From: Myxococcota bacterium
Lineage (GTDB): Bacteria; Myxococcota_A; SURF-8; G963663525
Assembly: GCA_963676915.2 (NCBI GenBank)
Contig: CAXXVK010000010.1
Span: 1-64,000, forward strand
DNA: 64,000 bases
Direction: 5' to 3'
Program-made: the position numbers and the translations under genes
Notes under the pieces: model-generated
What the model saw: only the letters and a program-made list of their open reading frames with translations
Database searches by the model: none
What the model was told of the DNA's origin: nothing
Part shown: positions 31,501 to 41,819 of the stretch, one piece after another
Layout of the letters: each line of letters begins with the position of its first letter
Numbering within the stretch: the first letter of the stretch is position 1

Positions 31501-34385
31501 TGTGCAATGGACTCGTCGAAGCGGTCGATCTGGTACGCCGCCTGTCCGAAACCGTGCCACATCATCAATTCACGATCCGGGCTGCGCCAGGGAACGCCCA
31601 ACGTCTGTCGTTGGGAAAACAGGTCGTAGGCAATATTCCAACCGTTACCTAGCGCCGAATACGCCATGGCGCGGTTGAGCAGCAAATCCGCCTCGGTCTG
31701 GCGGTCGAAATGACGATCGTTGAGGGTATACGCGGTTTTGTACGCATCGATGGCCAAGGGAATCCACGAGTCCGACACATCGCCGAACAGACGCTCGCGC
31801 ATTTCGTAGATCCACCCCAGCGTCATATAGGGGAAGGGGCTGGAAGCATCGAGATCCTTGGCGCGCTCCAGGTGGATTTCGGCCTGCTTCAGATTGCTTT
31901 TGGACAGGTCCGGTCTGTAGGTATACAGATAGCCAAGACAATAATGAAGGCTGGCACGATTCGGTTCTTCCTCCAGGGCTTTTTCCCAGAGCTTCAACTG
32001 ATCGTCCCAGTTGGTTTCACGTACGCTTTCGAATTCTTTGATATAGCGTTGGACATCCTCTTCCGCCGCATCGGCTTCGGGAGGTTGTGGAAGATCACGA
32101 AACAGGTCCATGGCGATTCGCTTGCGCAACGCCTGCAACATGTCCGGTTCCACATCGAGCAGCCGCCCGTACAGCTTGTAGGCTCTCACTGCGTCACCAT
32201 CGCGTTCGGCCTGATACGCCAACTCCAGCGAAAGTTTCAAAAACGCCTTTTTCGCGTTCACATGCATCGGATGACGTACGGGATAGCGTTTGATCAAACG
32301 CTCGTAGGCGTCCAAAGCACGAGCATAATATGTGTTGGATTCGTTGTAGCGTCCTTCACCACGAAGCGTTTCGGCTAAATCGATGGCATATTTTCCAGCC
32401 TTCAACGACGCCACGGAGGCTTCGGGTTCGACATCGGCGAACCGCTCGAACACACTGCGAACGCTAGTAGCCGCCGCCTCGATTTTTCCTTCGGCCTCGA
32501 ACAGTTCGCTCATTCGCAACAACGCCAGCGACACAAACAAAGGTTTGTCGTCGTGGCGGTCGATCCAGGTTCTCAGTCGGGCTAGCTGTTCGCTCGAATC
32601 GGCGTTATAGGCGTTCGCGTCGAGCAGTTCGGCCACGGCCTCGCGGTGGAGATCGTCCTGCCCGGGCCAGCGGTTGAACACGGAAAGGAAGTATTCGGCC
32701 AGAGGTCGCCGCACGGGAAAGACTTCATTCAACTCGCCCAGACGAATGTAGGCTTTTTCTTTGACCCATGTGTCGGAAAATTCATTAAACGCCGTTTGAT
32801 AGAATTGCCGCGCTTCAGGCAACTCGGACAACAGACGTTTCAGGTCGCCTTGCCGGATGCGATAATAGCCCTTCCCTTTTTCGGTGGACAATAGCGTTTG
32901 AACCGCTTCGAGGCGACGCTCGGCTTTTTCCACATCGACAGCTTGCAGTCGGATACCCGTGGCGACCGTGCGCGCCCGAATGGCGAACGCAGGCGATACG
33001 GCGCGATCCACAAGCGCGAAATCCTTATAAAAGCCGGTCGCTTGCGGTTTGTCGATCAAAGCCGTGAGTACATCCTGCTGCTTTTCGAATTCCCCAAGCT
33101 TTTCGTACAACACCCCGGCTTCGTACAGACCTTTCACGACCGTATCGTCGGCAGGAAACGCCGCCAGGGCTTGCAGTGCATACACGCGCCCGTAATCGTC
33201 TTCGAAATAGGAAGCCTGCTCGTATTGAGCCTTGGCATTCGCCGCCTGGGACAACAGCCCTTCGGGCGGAATCAGCCAGACATCGAAATCGGCTCCTTGC
33301 CCGGTGGAATACACCACACCCGCCGCGTGAGTTTGCACGAATACGTTGACTCCGCTGTCGGGTGTGAGCTGCACGGCGGTCTGCATGATGGCATCGGGCG
33401 ATTTTTTCTTGAAACTTCGGGTTGCAATCGACCAGATAGACCCTTCCGCGTCGGCTTCCAGGGCGCGTTCGGGACGTCCCTGATGAAAACGAGTGAAATA
33501 CAAGGTTTCGCCGTCCGGGCTGAATGCCGGAAAACCGCAAGGGTATCCGCCGGTTGTCACGGTGCGAATTTTTCCGTAACCGATCGGCTTTTTCTCGTCA
33601 TCGAGATCGCGCAGTTTTTCGAAGCTTTTTTCCGTTCCGTCCATATCGAAAGGATAACGGATGTCCATCACGGCAATCTGCGCCTGCCGTCCTTCACGGA
33701 ATACGGTGAACGCAAGCCGCGAACCGTCGGGAGAAATCGCCGGATGCGTCGCATTGAGGCGTGACCAGTCGGTGACGGGAAATTGAGCGATATCGTCGTA
33801 TTTGTTTTTTTTATCTTCGATCCGATTCAGATCAAGCCGAACGATGCGGCTTCGTTTCTCGTCGGCCTGAACGTAATAGATGAAGCGCCCTTCGGGTGAA
33901 AATACAGGATACAGGTCGGCGTAGGTCCGTGCGGTCAACTGATCCTCGTCGGAATCGACTTCCGCGTCTCCACCGCGCCACAGGTACAAATCACCTTTGA
34001 CGTCATCGCGCATCGACACGAACACCAGCGTTTCGCCGTCCGGCGACCAGGCAGGCATCCGATCGGCGGCGCTGTGCTCGGTGATCTGCTCGATACTGCC
34101 AGTAGACAAATCCCGCAGCCAGATATCGAAATTATCTTTCTGGTTGCCCGAATACGCCAGCAGATTACCCGAAGGCGAAAGCCTGCCGTAAAGCTCCTGC
34201 GTGGAATAATCGGTCAGTTTTACCGGCTGCGTTACCTTGCCTCGTTCGTCTTTTAAAACGAACATCGGCAGCAACTCTTCCGGGATGTATTCGCCTCCGC
34301 CTCGCGAACGCTTGGCGCAGCCGTCGATTCCGATTGAAATCAACAGCAAAAGCAGGAAAAGGACCAGGGTGCGGCGCCGAACCAT
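25584..34385 (-). CDS. Giant exported protein: putative lipoprotein signal, TolB-like PD40 propeller, TPR arrays, degenerate CHAT, TPRs, C-terminal CHAT (caspase-like) protease
   Basis: AAGGAGG RBS before ATG 34385 (the ORF could start at 34451). MVRRR-hydrophobic-DGC signal. Five P.(W/F)SP.G repeats. Many TPR-like helices. VPDGPLHFLPFAAL, HVATHA, LSACETGLG, LWRISD, HPAYWAGF. Confidence 0.88.
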   Translation of the reverse strand: MVRRRTLVLFLLLLLISIGIDGCAKRSRGGGEYIPEELLPMFVLKDERGKVTQPVKLTDYSTQELYGRLSPSGNLLAYSGNQKDNFDIWLRDLSTGSIEQITEHSAADRMPAWSPDGETLVFVSMRDDVKGDLYLWRGGDAEVDSDEDQLTARTYADLYPVFSPEGRFIYYVQADEKRSRIVRLDLNRIEDKKNKYDDIAQFPVTDWSRLNATHPAISPDGSRLAFTVFREGRQAQIAVMDIRYPFDMDGTEKSFEKLRDLDDEKKPIGYGKIRTVTTGGYPCGFPAFSPDGETLYFTRFHQGRPERALEADAEGSIWSIATRSFKKKSPDAIMQTAVQLTPDSGVNVFVQTHAAGVVYSTGQGADFDVWLIPPEGLLSQAANAKAQYEQASYFEDDYGRVYALQALAAFPADDTVVKGLYEAGVLYEKLGEFEKQQDVLTALIDKPQATGFYKDFALVDRAVSPAFAIRARTVATGIRLQAVDVEKAERRLEAVQTLLSTEKGKGYYRIRQGDLKRLLSELPEARQFYQTAFNEFSDTWVKEKAYIRLGELNEVFPVRRPLAEYFLSVFNRWPGQDDLHREAVAELLDANAYNADSSEQLARLRTWIDRHDDKPLFVSLALLRMSELFEAEGKIEAAATSVRSVFERFADVEPEASVASLKAGKYAIDLAETLRGEGRYNESNTYYARALDAYERLIKRYPVRHPMHVNAKKAFLKLSLELAYQAERDGDAVRAYKLYGRLLDVEPDMLQALRKRIAMDLFRDLPQPPEADAAEEDVQRYIKEFESVRETNWDDQLKLWEKALEEEPNRASLHYCLGYLYTYRPDLSKSNLKQAEIHLERAKDLDASSPFPYMTLGWIYEMRERLFGDVSDSWIPLAIDAYKTAYTLNDRHFDRQTEADLLLNRAMAYSALGNGWNIAYDLFSQRQTLGVPWRSPDRELMMWHGFGQAAYQIDRFDESIAHYERALSIARRRITEETSLKAMAYKALEAELIARMALVYHAAGDFATSTSYFEQAIDSYRNAGKNYWLGPLTRSIAYNYILQGDYYRAIEKIREAEAYVEEHGVPPSPDVSRIALNPNSSLAPNGFNKEGEHYVRISMREMVLRRNDATWYAVEEGRQKLENRENNWKRADDSSKPDAVREVFTVANRLGLDELDLGHRERFEEFVDFIYEEAVALQWDDAMPAGYEFQGNPDDFGVMAANVTNAAERLLRDLHRGIWVEPEELERQSLRIRQMVRWRYDTEWRMGGNLFASEETRLKFLNAAALLELAYGRSLATQTDPDSPFTLQGKLDQWLVQVGCFSDAVGLLLEAARRTAPEIEGIVRPEPDFRELGDTARLRWHLQALVNLAEVASYFSEPGEITEDRGMEFLRKAEAVCHPPLPEAEGEETVEPPRQLDLGEMCWIVDMEIAMRTKDGEKSEQIIQEYVNTWPGLLGENYLKRSATVRQALFGRAREIARIEKRYRRMFELAELEDRKMVADELAAFGFRSPFAPLQQAFDYLGQWVDYYRRAQVNQSLEDGFEARHEQAVAAMDKARSADVWNEIWRRIETQSPEALDLLRPQAFPTKDISEALGKDGAIISAVRAGDELWFFVLKNAGDDLKILPTRAKVDFREAARLAALGRDNVEAFVANLKLEKLQQRLGGKTLVYFDLSRISPYISSEAFARVVAPSDARFLFLTGAQELADAYRARNVYDANRLLLASHRDEEPETFSEDTVETLKGSLTGWKVARRSEITGENAAFTLQQAGAQIWLNPLHMEPGTVANIGLTLGGVVPGLEDLHFAHLLGERFKTRLVVAAAVDLADRDRNRLLMLGRYVHALGVPSVVLVPISSFYENDLAEWLADFGNKLDDRSAAETFFLTQPPESEWFVTTGPFKDDSGSGVDRYEFPRFFGYEGIVPGAKNAFGQTAEKLSAEGKREQAGGCHRCAVASFEAALAQLGGKDGQQFEILRLLAVSYERLADWENAIRVGRLLLDIAPKPMDERTLELWTKLPRWLSRAGQVEQAESENQAVETALNERLKAANRNDRRKYLLLLMETFSLRGDLQRQNGAFEQAVQTFSKGGQWIARQSKNGADSQAFQAKAAEMYAEAALVALQGLDDRVRARTLLESARENLPTLDRAGYLDLEAQRVELAKQEAQENGGSRSRRFRKTVEGVDASLESLRPVALAYAVVEDAEAALLLATGDASAAERQAGRSLELAEAAGAWSLARQTEIRRIEARIGRGQWADALVDIERSLSHVGEDVARNVLFLELRGRVLARMQKFGQALQSLEKARKLALEKNLEKQRIEVLHSIGRVHLAAGRPIEALGAFRKVVVATQLRRDWRLNIENRLDVAEALVLDDRPKEALLSLKAAQEVNKSFKSETLACKLDVAFGRLYLLLGKNAKALEFLKKAEKSPILAAYPALHRETLYGLGKAEKARRDDKRAEEHWRAALDVIERQPVVLHRSVASPLHGQDRDVYGALVGLLKDQGKTEEAFDVTERLRARGFLKVLGTDAVEFPLEKQRKTAEAYRQALSALREAEIAYATRPVAETDRFKQRLDEARRRTESERASLAAQGVELPSYLSVDAWTYSKLKSLLPSSVAVVSYCLLDDRLLIFVLKGQALDVAEVKVSRSELERNVKTFRGKLTSFSPVEDVAEALFTQLVEPVKDAFGADVLIVPDGPLHFLPFAALRNENTWLAERSRIAHLPSVNHLRFLSSAGKGVSSPMAFQWEGMGRDTLPPATTRHYARKVMEWRELAQQWPELPFTSKEAESFAETFAQERMFTGTAASRENFLDQAGKAGLLHVATHAVYDETAPMLSYLQFGGKPDDALFPTFESQRVTWFDILGMKLNARIVTLSACETGLGDPEGGANLLGLHRAFLTAGAGTVVSSLWRISDLSSGVLMKNFHRNIAKGESPGQALHDAQLRVMRYWPHPAYWAGFRLEGTGR

Positions 34386-34450
34386 CGGTTTGCCTCCTTC
34401 ACGTATCGTCAACCGTCCATGGCGGACAGAGGTCTGAATACTAAAAAACA

Positions 34451-35020
34451 TCAGGGTTGTTCGAGCGGCTTGGGAATCCAGCCTTCTTCTTCATCCTCGA
34501 TCAAATCGCCTTCCCGGCAATCGGCCTGATTAAGCTCGCCAAGCATCGTCCGCACGGTCTTCAGGTCATTGTCATCGAGTCCCTCGTGCATATCGATTAC
34601 ACGGCGCATGATGATTTCACGATCCCGGTTTTCTTCGTCGATCGTTTTTCGAATGCGCTTTTCCAACTCATTGTCCGAACGGGTTTCGGTGCTCGGGAAG
34701 AAACGCAACAGGCCGTTCAATCCTTCGCCCGCATTCTTGCTTCGCTTGTATTCCTCGATGTCGTCCCGACGGAACTGGCGGTTCATCACCGCCATCAAGG
34801 CTTCACGATGGGCGGGACTCAACTCGCCTTCGGCCGCGCCTTTCGAACGCACCGACGACACCATGATCAGGTCTTTTTCGAGTTGCTCGAATTCACCCAG
34901 AATCTGGCGTTCGAGTTGGGTTTTCTGGCTGACCACCTGGGGCCGGATCGACATGCAGCCGAAATCCGTCCATGCGGTGAACAGCATCAACACGGGAATT
35001 ACGATTCGTACAAAACGCAT
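34451..35020 (-). CDS. DUF1318 (YdbL-like) lipoprotein
   Basis: AAGGAG RBS; signal ending FGC; KTQLERQILG; GEGLNGLL, ENRDREII and C-terminal GDLIE...GW as in YdbL/DUF1318. Confidence 0.78.
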   Translation of the reverse strand: MRFVRIVIPVLMLFTAWTDFGCMSIRPQVVSQKTQLERQILGEFEQLEKDLIMVSSVRSKGAAEGELSPAHREALMAVMNRQFRRDDIEEYKRSKNAGEGLNGLLRFFPSTETRSDNELEKRIRKTIDEENRDREIIMRRVIDMHEGLDDNDLKTVRTMLGELNQADCREGDLIEDEEEGWIPKPLEQP

Positions 35021-35085
35021 GACAGCCACTCCTTGGGCGTACTCCTAAGAGGTTCACTCGGTAAATTACCGAAAACATTTCGAAA

Positions 35086-38000
35086 TTACATGGGTCGGGC
35101 ATCTCCCGATTGCGCTCGTTCGTCCGGCGTCGGTCCGATTTCTACGGTCGTTACCGGTTTCGGACGCGGAAACACGGGGTCGAGATACTGATTGAGCACC
35201 GGCACGATATCCAGGTCGTGTACCTTCAGACCTTCCAATACGTTGTCGATAATGGCCTGGATTCCCACAACGCGAAGTTTCAAGGCTTCGTTCAGTTTTC
35301 CGTGACGAATGTTGAGCGAAAGCAACTTGACCTGCGGCTTCCACATCGTCACGTACCAGGCATTGATCAAAGCTCTCTGATCCTGGATGGCATCGTTTTT
35401 CCGTCCCGGATCGATGAACTTCAACAGCTCGTTCAGGTGTTTCAGCGACAATTTCGTAACGTGCACGTCGCCGCTGGTCCAGCGATCTTTCAGTTTGAAA
35501 TCCAGATCAGTGCGCATGGCGATTTCGGTGCTTTCGCTCAGAGGCGGACGTTCCTCGACGGGAATGTCTTTCATTTCCATGGCGCGTTTCGGGTCCAAAG
35601 CGGCCAGGTTGATCCCGCCGATCTGGCTGCGAAGCTGGATGTAGACATCGAGCGGGTCCACGCCGACGATCTGCACCGCCAGATTTCCGCCGATGTCGCC
35701 GTTGAGCAATTGCAGGTAGATGCGGTCGAGTTCGAGCACCCAGTCCGTGTACTTCATATCCACGGCCACCTGATCGACCACCAAGGGCACGTCCACGCGC
35801 CCGGTTTCCTTTTTGTCCTTGACGTAGCGGTAATTCGTGTTGACTTCCACTTTGTCGATGCCGATACCCGAAACCTCCTCGCCGTACGCCCGCATTTCGT
35901 TGACGATGGGACTGGTTTCCTTCTCGAAAATCTGCCGAGACGGAGGCCAGAGAAGATAGGGATTCTTCAACAATTCCGGCATCCTGTTGGGAAGATCCGC
36001 CACGAGTTTGTTGACATACGCAATGTCCGCATGCTGCACGATAGGCACGTTGACGTTCATGTCGGACAAATGCAGGTCGTTGATGGTGTAGACTTTGGTG
36101 CCATCCTCTAGGCTCGGAGCCTGTCCGTGCTGCTCGATCCAGGCATGGAACTTGTCGGCCACGAGTTTTCCGGCGAATTCACCCATCTCCGGCGTAGGAT
36201 TGCGCATCCGTGCCTCGAAACCGATCTTGCCACCCAACTCTACGCTGGTATAGGTGTGATCCTTTTTCGATCCCATCGCGATAATGTGCGCGGCGTCCTG
36301 TTTCTCGGTAACCGGCGGCAACTCGATTCCGGCGAAAAGCTGCATGTCCGACTCGGGAAGCGTGGTCCCCGGATAGACGATGCGACCCGTACGTCCTTTG
36401 AAGGTAAGTTTCGGTCCGTGGGAACGGTTGTGGAACTCCAGGTTGCGAATCTCCACAAAGGCCACGTCGGCGAAAATGTCTTTATCGACGGGAGGATAAC
36501 GAAGCCGGGGAATGGACACGAGGATTTCCATATCAAAGCGGCTGTCCGATATGGGACGGTCGAGCGCATCCGGCTTGGAAATCCACAGACGCCGTTTTTT
36601 CTCGCTGCCTTTAGCGTCGGGATCGTCATTGGGACGGAATCCACCGGTGATTTTGATCCAGCGTGGTTTGCTAGTGGGTACCGGATTGTCGAGACTCAAC
36701 CCTTTCAACCACAACCCGGCGATTTCGATTTTTTCTTCCGAAACGAAATTGCGCAGGTCGAGTTGTTGTTCTTCGATGGACAAATTGCCCAACTTCGTGA
36801 ACGATTGCAACGAAATGGGATAAACCACGCCCTGATCGTCGGCCCGGCGCGCCGGATCGTAGGAAAACCGTACGCGCTCGCGCACGATCTTCGTACGTGT
36901 CCCGGCCGCACCTTTTTCCGGGTTGCGGATGTCGAGCGTCAAACCTTCCTGCGCCAGTCGTACGGCCTCCAAACCGAATTCCAAACCAACGTCGATTCCG
37001 GCGATGTCGAAACGCTGTCCTTTCAAGGCTTGAAGCACAGGTAACCCGAGGGATTGATCGACCGTAACGGCCAGTCCTTCGACGGTCGCCCCGGCTTGTC
37101 CCGCACGAATTTTCTGCACGGTAACGCCGGTTTTCAGATCGAGAGTCGAGGTATTTTCCAGCGGCTTGAACGTAAGTTTCAGTGGCAGTTTCACGCCATT
37201 GACGGCCAGTTCCAAGTCATCTTTGGCAATGCGCTCGATACCCAGGCGCTCGTCAGCGGGGGATTCGAGGGTGATATGGCTCGGCGTACCATATAAATGA
37301 ATTGCGCCATCGAGATTTTTCACCCATAGCGATTGATCGGGAACGCCGACGCTCAGATTATCGAATGCAGGCCGGATATCGAAATTCACCGGCAGGCGAA
37401 ACGCGGCGGGAAGATCGTTCCCTAGCGTCGAAAGCCGCTCTATCGGAGGAAGCGTACCGCTCAGGTGCGTATCCAATCGAATCGCGCCATCGAGTTCGAA
37501 TCCCGGAGGCAGACCGGCTCGTGCGCCGGGGGGGGCCATCGCCAACAGTTTGGGAAGCGATAGCGGTTTCAATTGGACATCCACCTCGAAACCTTTTTCA
37601 CCCATCTGCTTCAAGTTCGCCGTCATGGCGAGTTTCACCGTATCGTTGACATCCACATCCAGCCGCGACAGATCGAAACTCATGGTCGGCAGGTTACCGG
37701 AAACCTCCAGCTCGGTGTGCAACGAGGTTTGGACACGCCCCTGCTCCGGGACATCGTAAGCAACGCGTTTCAGGGCTACATTAACGGTAGCCGCCAGTTC
37801 GGTAGGCTCCATTTCGCTCAACATGACTCCCGCCGCAAGATCCACCATGAGCGATTCCACCTGCGCTCCGAAACCGGCCAAGGAACCCAACCCGACGAAA
37901 CCCTTGAGTTGTACGGTAGGATGCTCGACAGGTTCGGACTTCTTCAGGTTTTTCAAAATCTCCTGGGATTTCAACGCATTCGGTTCCGGCGTGACCCACA

Positions 38001-39339
38001 CGTCCAACTCGGTGTTGATTCCTGCGACCTTGACCTGCAACGGCGGTATCGGCAGATCGATCACCGGCTCCGGCGCACCCTCGGCCAAAGGCTGTTTTTC
38101 GAGGGTTTTTACGTCCACACCAAGCTTTCGAACGTAAACGCGCCCTTCCACCTCAGGCAAAGCCATTTCGGCCAGTTTCGGTACATTTCCCTTGATGACG
38201 AAGTTCTCCAACCCGGCTTCGCCTTCCAACTCCAAACGACTGCCTTCGACCAGCACGGCGCGGGCATACGGCGCAAACGTCGCGAACGGCAACCTCGCCT
38301 TGTCGAGATAGAGTACGAAATCCTGCGTTTCCAAACCTTTCAGATCGGCTCGCAGACTCAGCAATTCCTCTCCGTTGAACGAAGCACTCAGTTTTCCCAA
38401 ACGGGCGTCATCGCTCAACAAATCGGCTCCCGCCTCGCTTTTGGCTTCCAGACGGACCGGCGGCAGATCGAGCGGTCCTTCCAACTTGGTGGAGGCCAGC
38501 AGGAAATCCAGATCGACTTTGGCTTTGGGCTTGTCGAGTTGCTCGCCGACATCCACCGCCACATTAAGATCGGTTTTCAGCTTCAATTCGGCTTCTACCG
38601 GAACCGGCTTGATTTGACTGAAGAAAACGTTCGGCTCGCCTTCCTGCTTGGAGCCGATATCCACGCTGAGATCGAGGTGCGTCTCCGTAAAGCTGAAAAA
38701 TCCCTTCAGGTTCACATCGAGAACCCCGAACGACGCTTTCATGTTACCATCCGAGAACCCTGCTTCAAATCCGGTCAAGGCGATTTTTTCGAGCGTCACT
38801 TTAAGCGCCGGAGGCTCGCCGGGCTGTTCCGGCTCTTTTTCCTCTTCGGGTTCTTCCGGTTTTTCCTCGGAAGGCGGCAGGTTGTCGAGAAGCGCCTGCA
38901 CGCTGGGTTTTTCCTCGATGATTTCGAGATAGACTTTGAGGTCTTCGACCGCGACTTCGCGAACGAGCAGGTTGTCGTCCAGAGCGCTCCACAAATCGTA
39001 ATGAACCGCCAGCCGTTTCAGATTGACGATATCCTCGGAATAGCCTTTGGGCGGTCCCACATGGATATCGTGCAACTCGAAACCGTCGAACAGGTAAAAT
39101 TCGGCATTCCCGATGGTGATGTCTTCATGCTGAAGCATCTCCCTCGCCTGGGGTAACGCCACCTGTTGCAATAAAGCGTTCAACGGTAGAAAAAATCACG
39201 AAAAGCAGCAAAAAAACCACAAGACTCGTCAACAGTCCACCGCCGATCAAAACAAGCTTGATCAGGCGACGGCGCCAGCTTTTCGGCTTTTTTCGTCTTG
39301 GACGATTTCCCGATTGTCTTTCAACGTTTCATCGGCCAC
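35086..39339 (-). CDS. YdbH/AsmA-like large periplasmic beta-rich protein with N-terminal membrane anchor (5' end broken by homopolymer indels)
   Basis: 1365-aa ORF of alternating beta-strand character. An upstream GTG at 39339 with AGGAG gives MADETLKD...KPKSWRRRLIKLVLIGGGLLTSLVVFLLLFVIF across two frameshifts (A6 at ~39290, T-run at ~39192). Precedes a DUF1318 gene, as ydbH does. Confidence 0.65.
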
Positions 39340-40725
39340 GAGTGCACTCCTGATGTCGGTCGTTTTCTCTGCCGTTTAGTAAACGGAACGCGCCAAAGGC
39401 TCCATCCCACGGCTGGAAAAACGGGTACGTCGTCGAATCTATAATGTCTGTCGCCAGGGCGACGGCTTCCAGGGTCGTTTCCCCTTCAAAGGCTTTGCGC
39501 ACACCGTCTTCCCACAACGTGTGGTTTTTCAGCGAACGCAATTGGACCAGCCTTTCGGCACGGCCCGTAATCGTCTGGCAACAGGCTGGGATCGTCGAGA
39601 CGCAGCAACTCGTCGATCACCACCCGCCCCTTGATTTCCTGTTCCACCGCAACGGTCGCATCCCCACACCGCGCCGCCAAACGGCGTTTTCGGTATCGAC
39701 GACCTGCCCGGCTCGTTCCAGCACATAGGGTTCCGGCTGGTAGATTTCCCGGCAAAAAGGGCAGTTTCGCGGAACGAGGCGTTGCGCCTGAACCGCTTTT
39801 ACAGCATTGAATAATACATAAGATTCCACACCCATGTCCAACAATCGATCCACCGCGCCTTCCGTTGTCGCACTGTGGATGGTGGAAAACACCAGTTGCG
39901 CCGTGTGCCCCGCCTGCATCACCAGTTTCGCCAACTCCAAATTGCGAATCTCGCTGATAAGTACGACCTGGGTATCATGACGTAGCAGGTTGGTGAATCC
40001 CTGGGTGTATGTCAATCCTTTCGCAGCGTTGACCTGCCACCTGCGCCACACCGGGAAGCGCATGCTCGATGGGATCTTCCAGCGTAGCAATGGAGGTGCC
40101 GGGTGTGGTCTGGCGAATCCATTTCAACAACGAATACAGCGTCGTGGTTCTTGCCGGAACCGATCGGACCGGACGAGCAATGCAACACACCGTCCCGGCG
40201 CTGGGCCAGTTGCTTCATTTCGTCGAGCGGTCTCTTTGGAAAGCCCCAGTCGATCCAACTCGTATTCCATCGAAACCGTATCCACCACCCCGCATGATCA
40301 CCCGCTCGCCCCAGCAACACGGGAATCGTCGCTACGCGAAACTCGATGGTCCGCCCGTTGGCAACCAGCATAATGCGGCCATCCTGCGCGGCACGGCTTT
40401 CGTAATAGCACGAGATTGGCCAATACTTTCAATACGTTGACAAGCTTCAGATACCGATCAGTGACTGATTTCAGCAAGATGCTGCAATACACCATCGATG
40501 CGAAAACCAAGTGTTGCGGCTTCGTTTTCAGGGTTGAGGTGGATATCGCTGGCATTCCACAACACACCCTGTTCCAGAATGAATTCCACCGTCCTTCGTG
40601 CCGCCATACCGCCTGCCGATAGAAACAGGTGATCGATATGAGCCTGGATATCGCAAAGCTGCACGGGTTGCATCACATCGGGTTTGTAAAACCGGCGTCG
40701 AACCGGAAGCATCGGCAGCGGTCAT
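39329..40725 (-). pseudogene. GspE/PilB-family secretion ATPase without the N-terminal GSPII-N domain; multiply frameshifted (possibly an artefact)
   Basis: Fragments across frames: ASDIHLNP, FRIDGVL, FRVATIP, GPIGSGK/TTTLYSLL, TLEDPIE, LLRHDTQVVLISEIR, STIHS, AQRLVPRNCPFC, GCDRCGGTG, LWEDG. Confidence 0.8.
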
Positions 40726-41290
40726 GGTCTTCGTTTGAGACTAGAACCGGGGTCATGGTTCGGGTTTGGCGTCCCTCCCTGTGATTCACTATCTTTGGTA
40801 TCGGATGGTTTTCGTTGACGGAGCCATTCGAGAATCATCCAGCGCAGCAGCAGCAAAACAAACAGTACTGCCACCCCTCCGAAAAGCCAGAAACGATACT
40901 GCAACAAGAAATTTTTCCAATTTTCGATGTTCATGGATTTCAAATCTACATCGAGAGCTGGAATCGCCGAATGGGAAAGCTTTCTTCGATCTTGTCCATT
41001 TCGTCGTGAACGGACTGCAATTGCATTAAAATGATTTCTGTTTCACTGCTACTGAGGTTGGGTTTGTTCAAGGCGACGTTTAATTGAATTTCCAGTTTTT
41101 TTCAATTGCGCAAGACGCAATTTCATCGTGTTGCGATCACCGGATTCTATGGGTGACATTTCGGGGGAAGAATCCTGAGACTGGGCAAATCCAGACTCTA
41201 AAGGTATCCAGCCCAGTATCCATACCAATAGTAGCACTTTGAATATGAATTGGACCCTTGGGAGTGTGTGCAACCGAAACTCCTACATGG
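40722..41290 (-). CDS. Hypothetical exported/membrane protein (signal, coiled coil, TM), apparently split by frameshifts
   Basis: ORFs 41049-41273 (signal-like) and 40722-40943 (TM FWLFGGVAVLFVLLLL) can be joined. Its stop overlaps the ATPase ATG (ATGA at 40722-40725). Start position is uncertain. Confidence 0.45.
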
Positions 41291-41819
41291 CCGTAGTTTC
41301 AATCGGAAATTCCGGCCCGAACCGTTTTCCGATCTTGAATTCAACCCGGAAAAACCAACGAAGAAGCCTTAAAAATGCGTGGTCCTTTGGAGCCACTTGT
41401 GGAACGCGAAAGCCATGGTAACAAGAGGTGAAAGCCGTGTCAATTTCACAAAAGCGTCAAAAACAAGAAAAAATGAGACAATTCTCAAGGGTTAGACGAC
41501 AAGTCATTTTGTCGGGAATTCCTTGCAAAGAAGTGAAAAATCCACAATAATACGGTTTGTTGTGGTTATTCTGTTTTCGAAAACCGTTTCGGCGTTTGGA
41601 AAATGAACACAATCTTAAGATTCCCAACATCGATTGTTTTCGTAAAATAGAATGCATAAGTTTTCTTTTTCCCATTCGTCGAAAGGAAAGCGCCGCTTTT
41701 CCGCTTTGCGGGCTGTAGCAAGTCCAAAGCCAGGTTGGACGAATTCGAAACCAACAGAAGATTATGAAGTGGCTGTCCATCTCAAGGAGAAGCAGCCGCC
41801 GTAGAAATTGGTATTTCAG

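Noticed and set aside
25584-34385. CHAT protein as a CRISPR-linked Craspase (Csx29) component
   Set aside because: There is no Cas7-11, Csx30/31 or array in the window, and the protein carries an export signal and a TolB propeller.
41380-41450. GAACGCGAAAGCC resembling part of a c-di-GMP-I riboswitch
   Set aside because: The GCAAA/GNRA P2 stem and the P1 pairing are missing.
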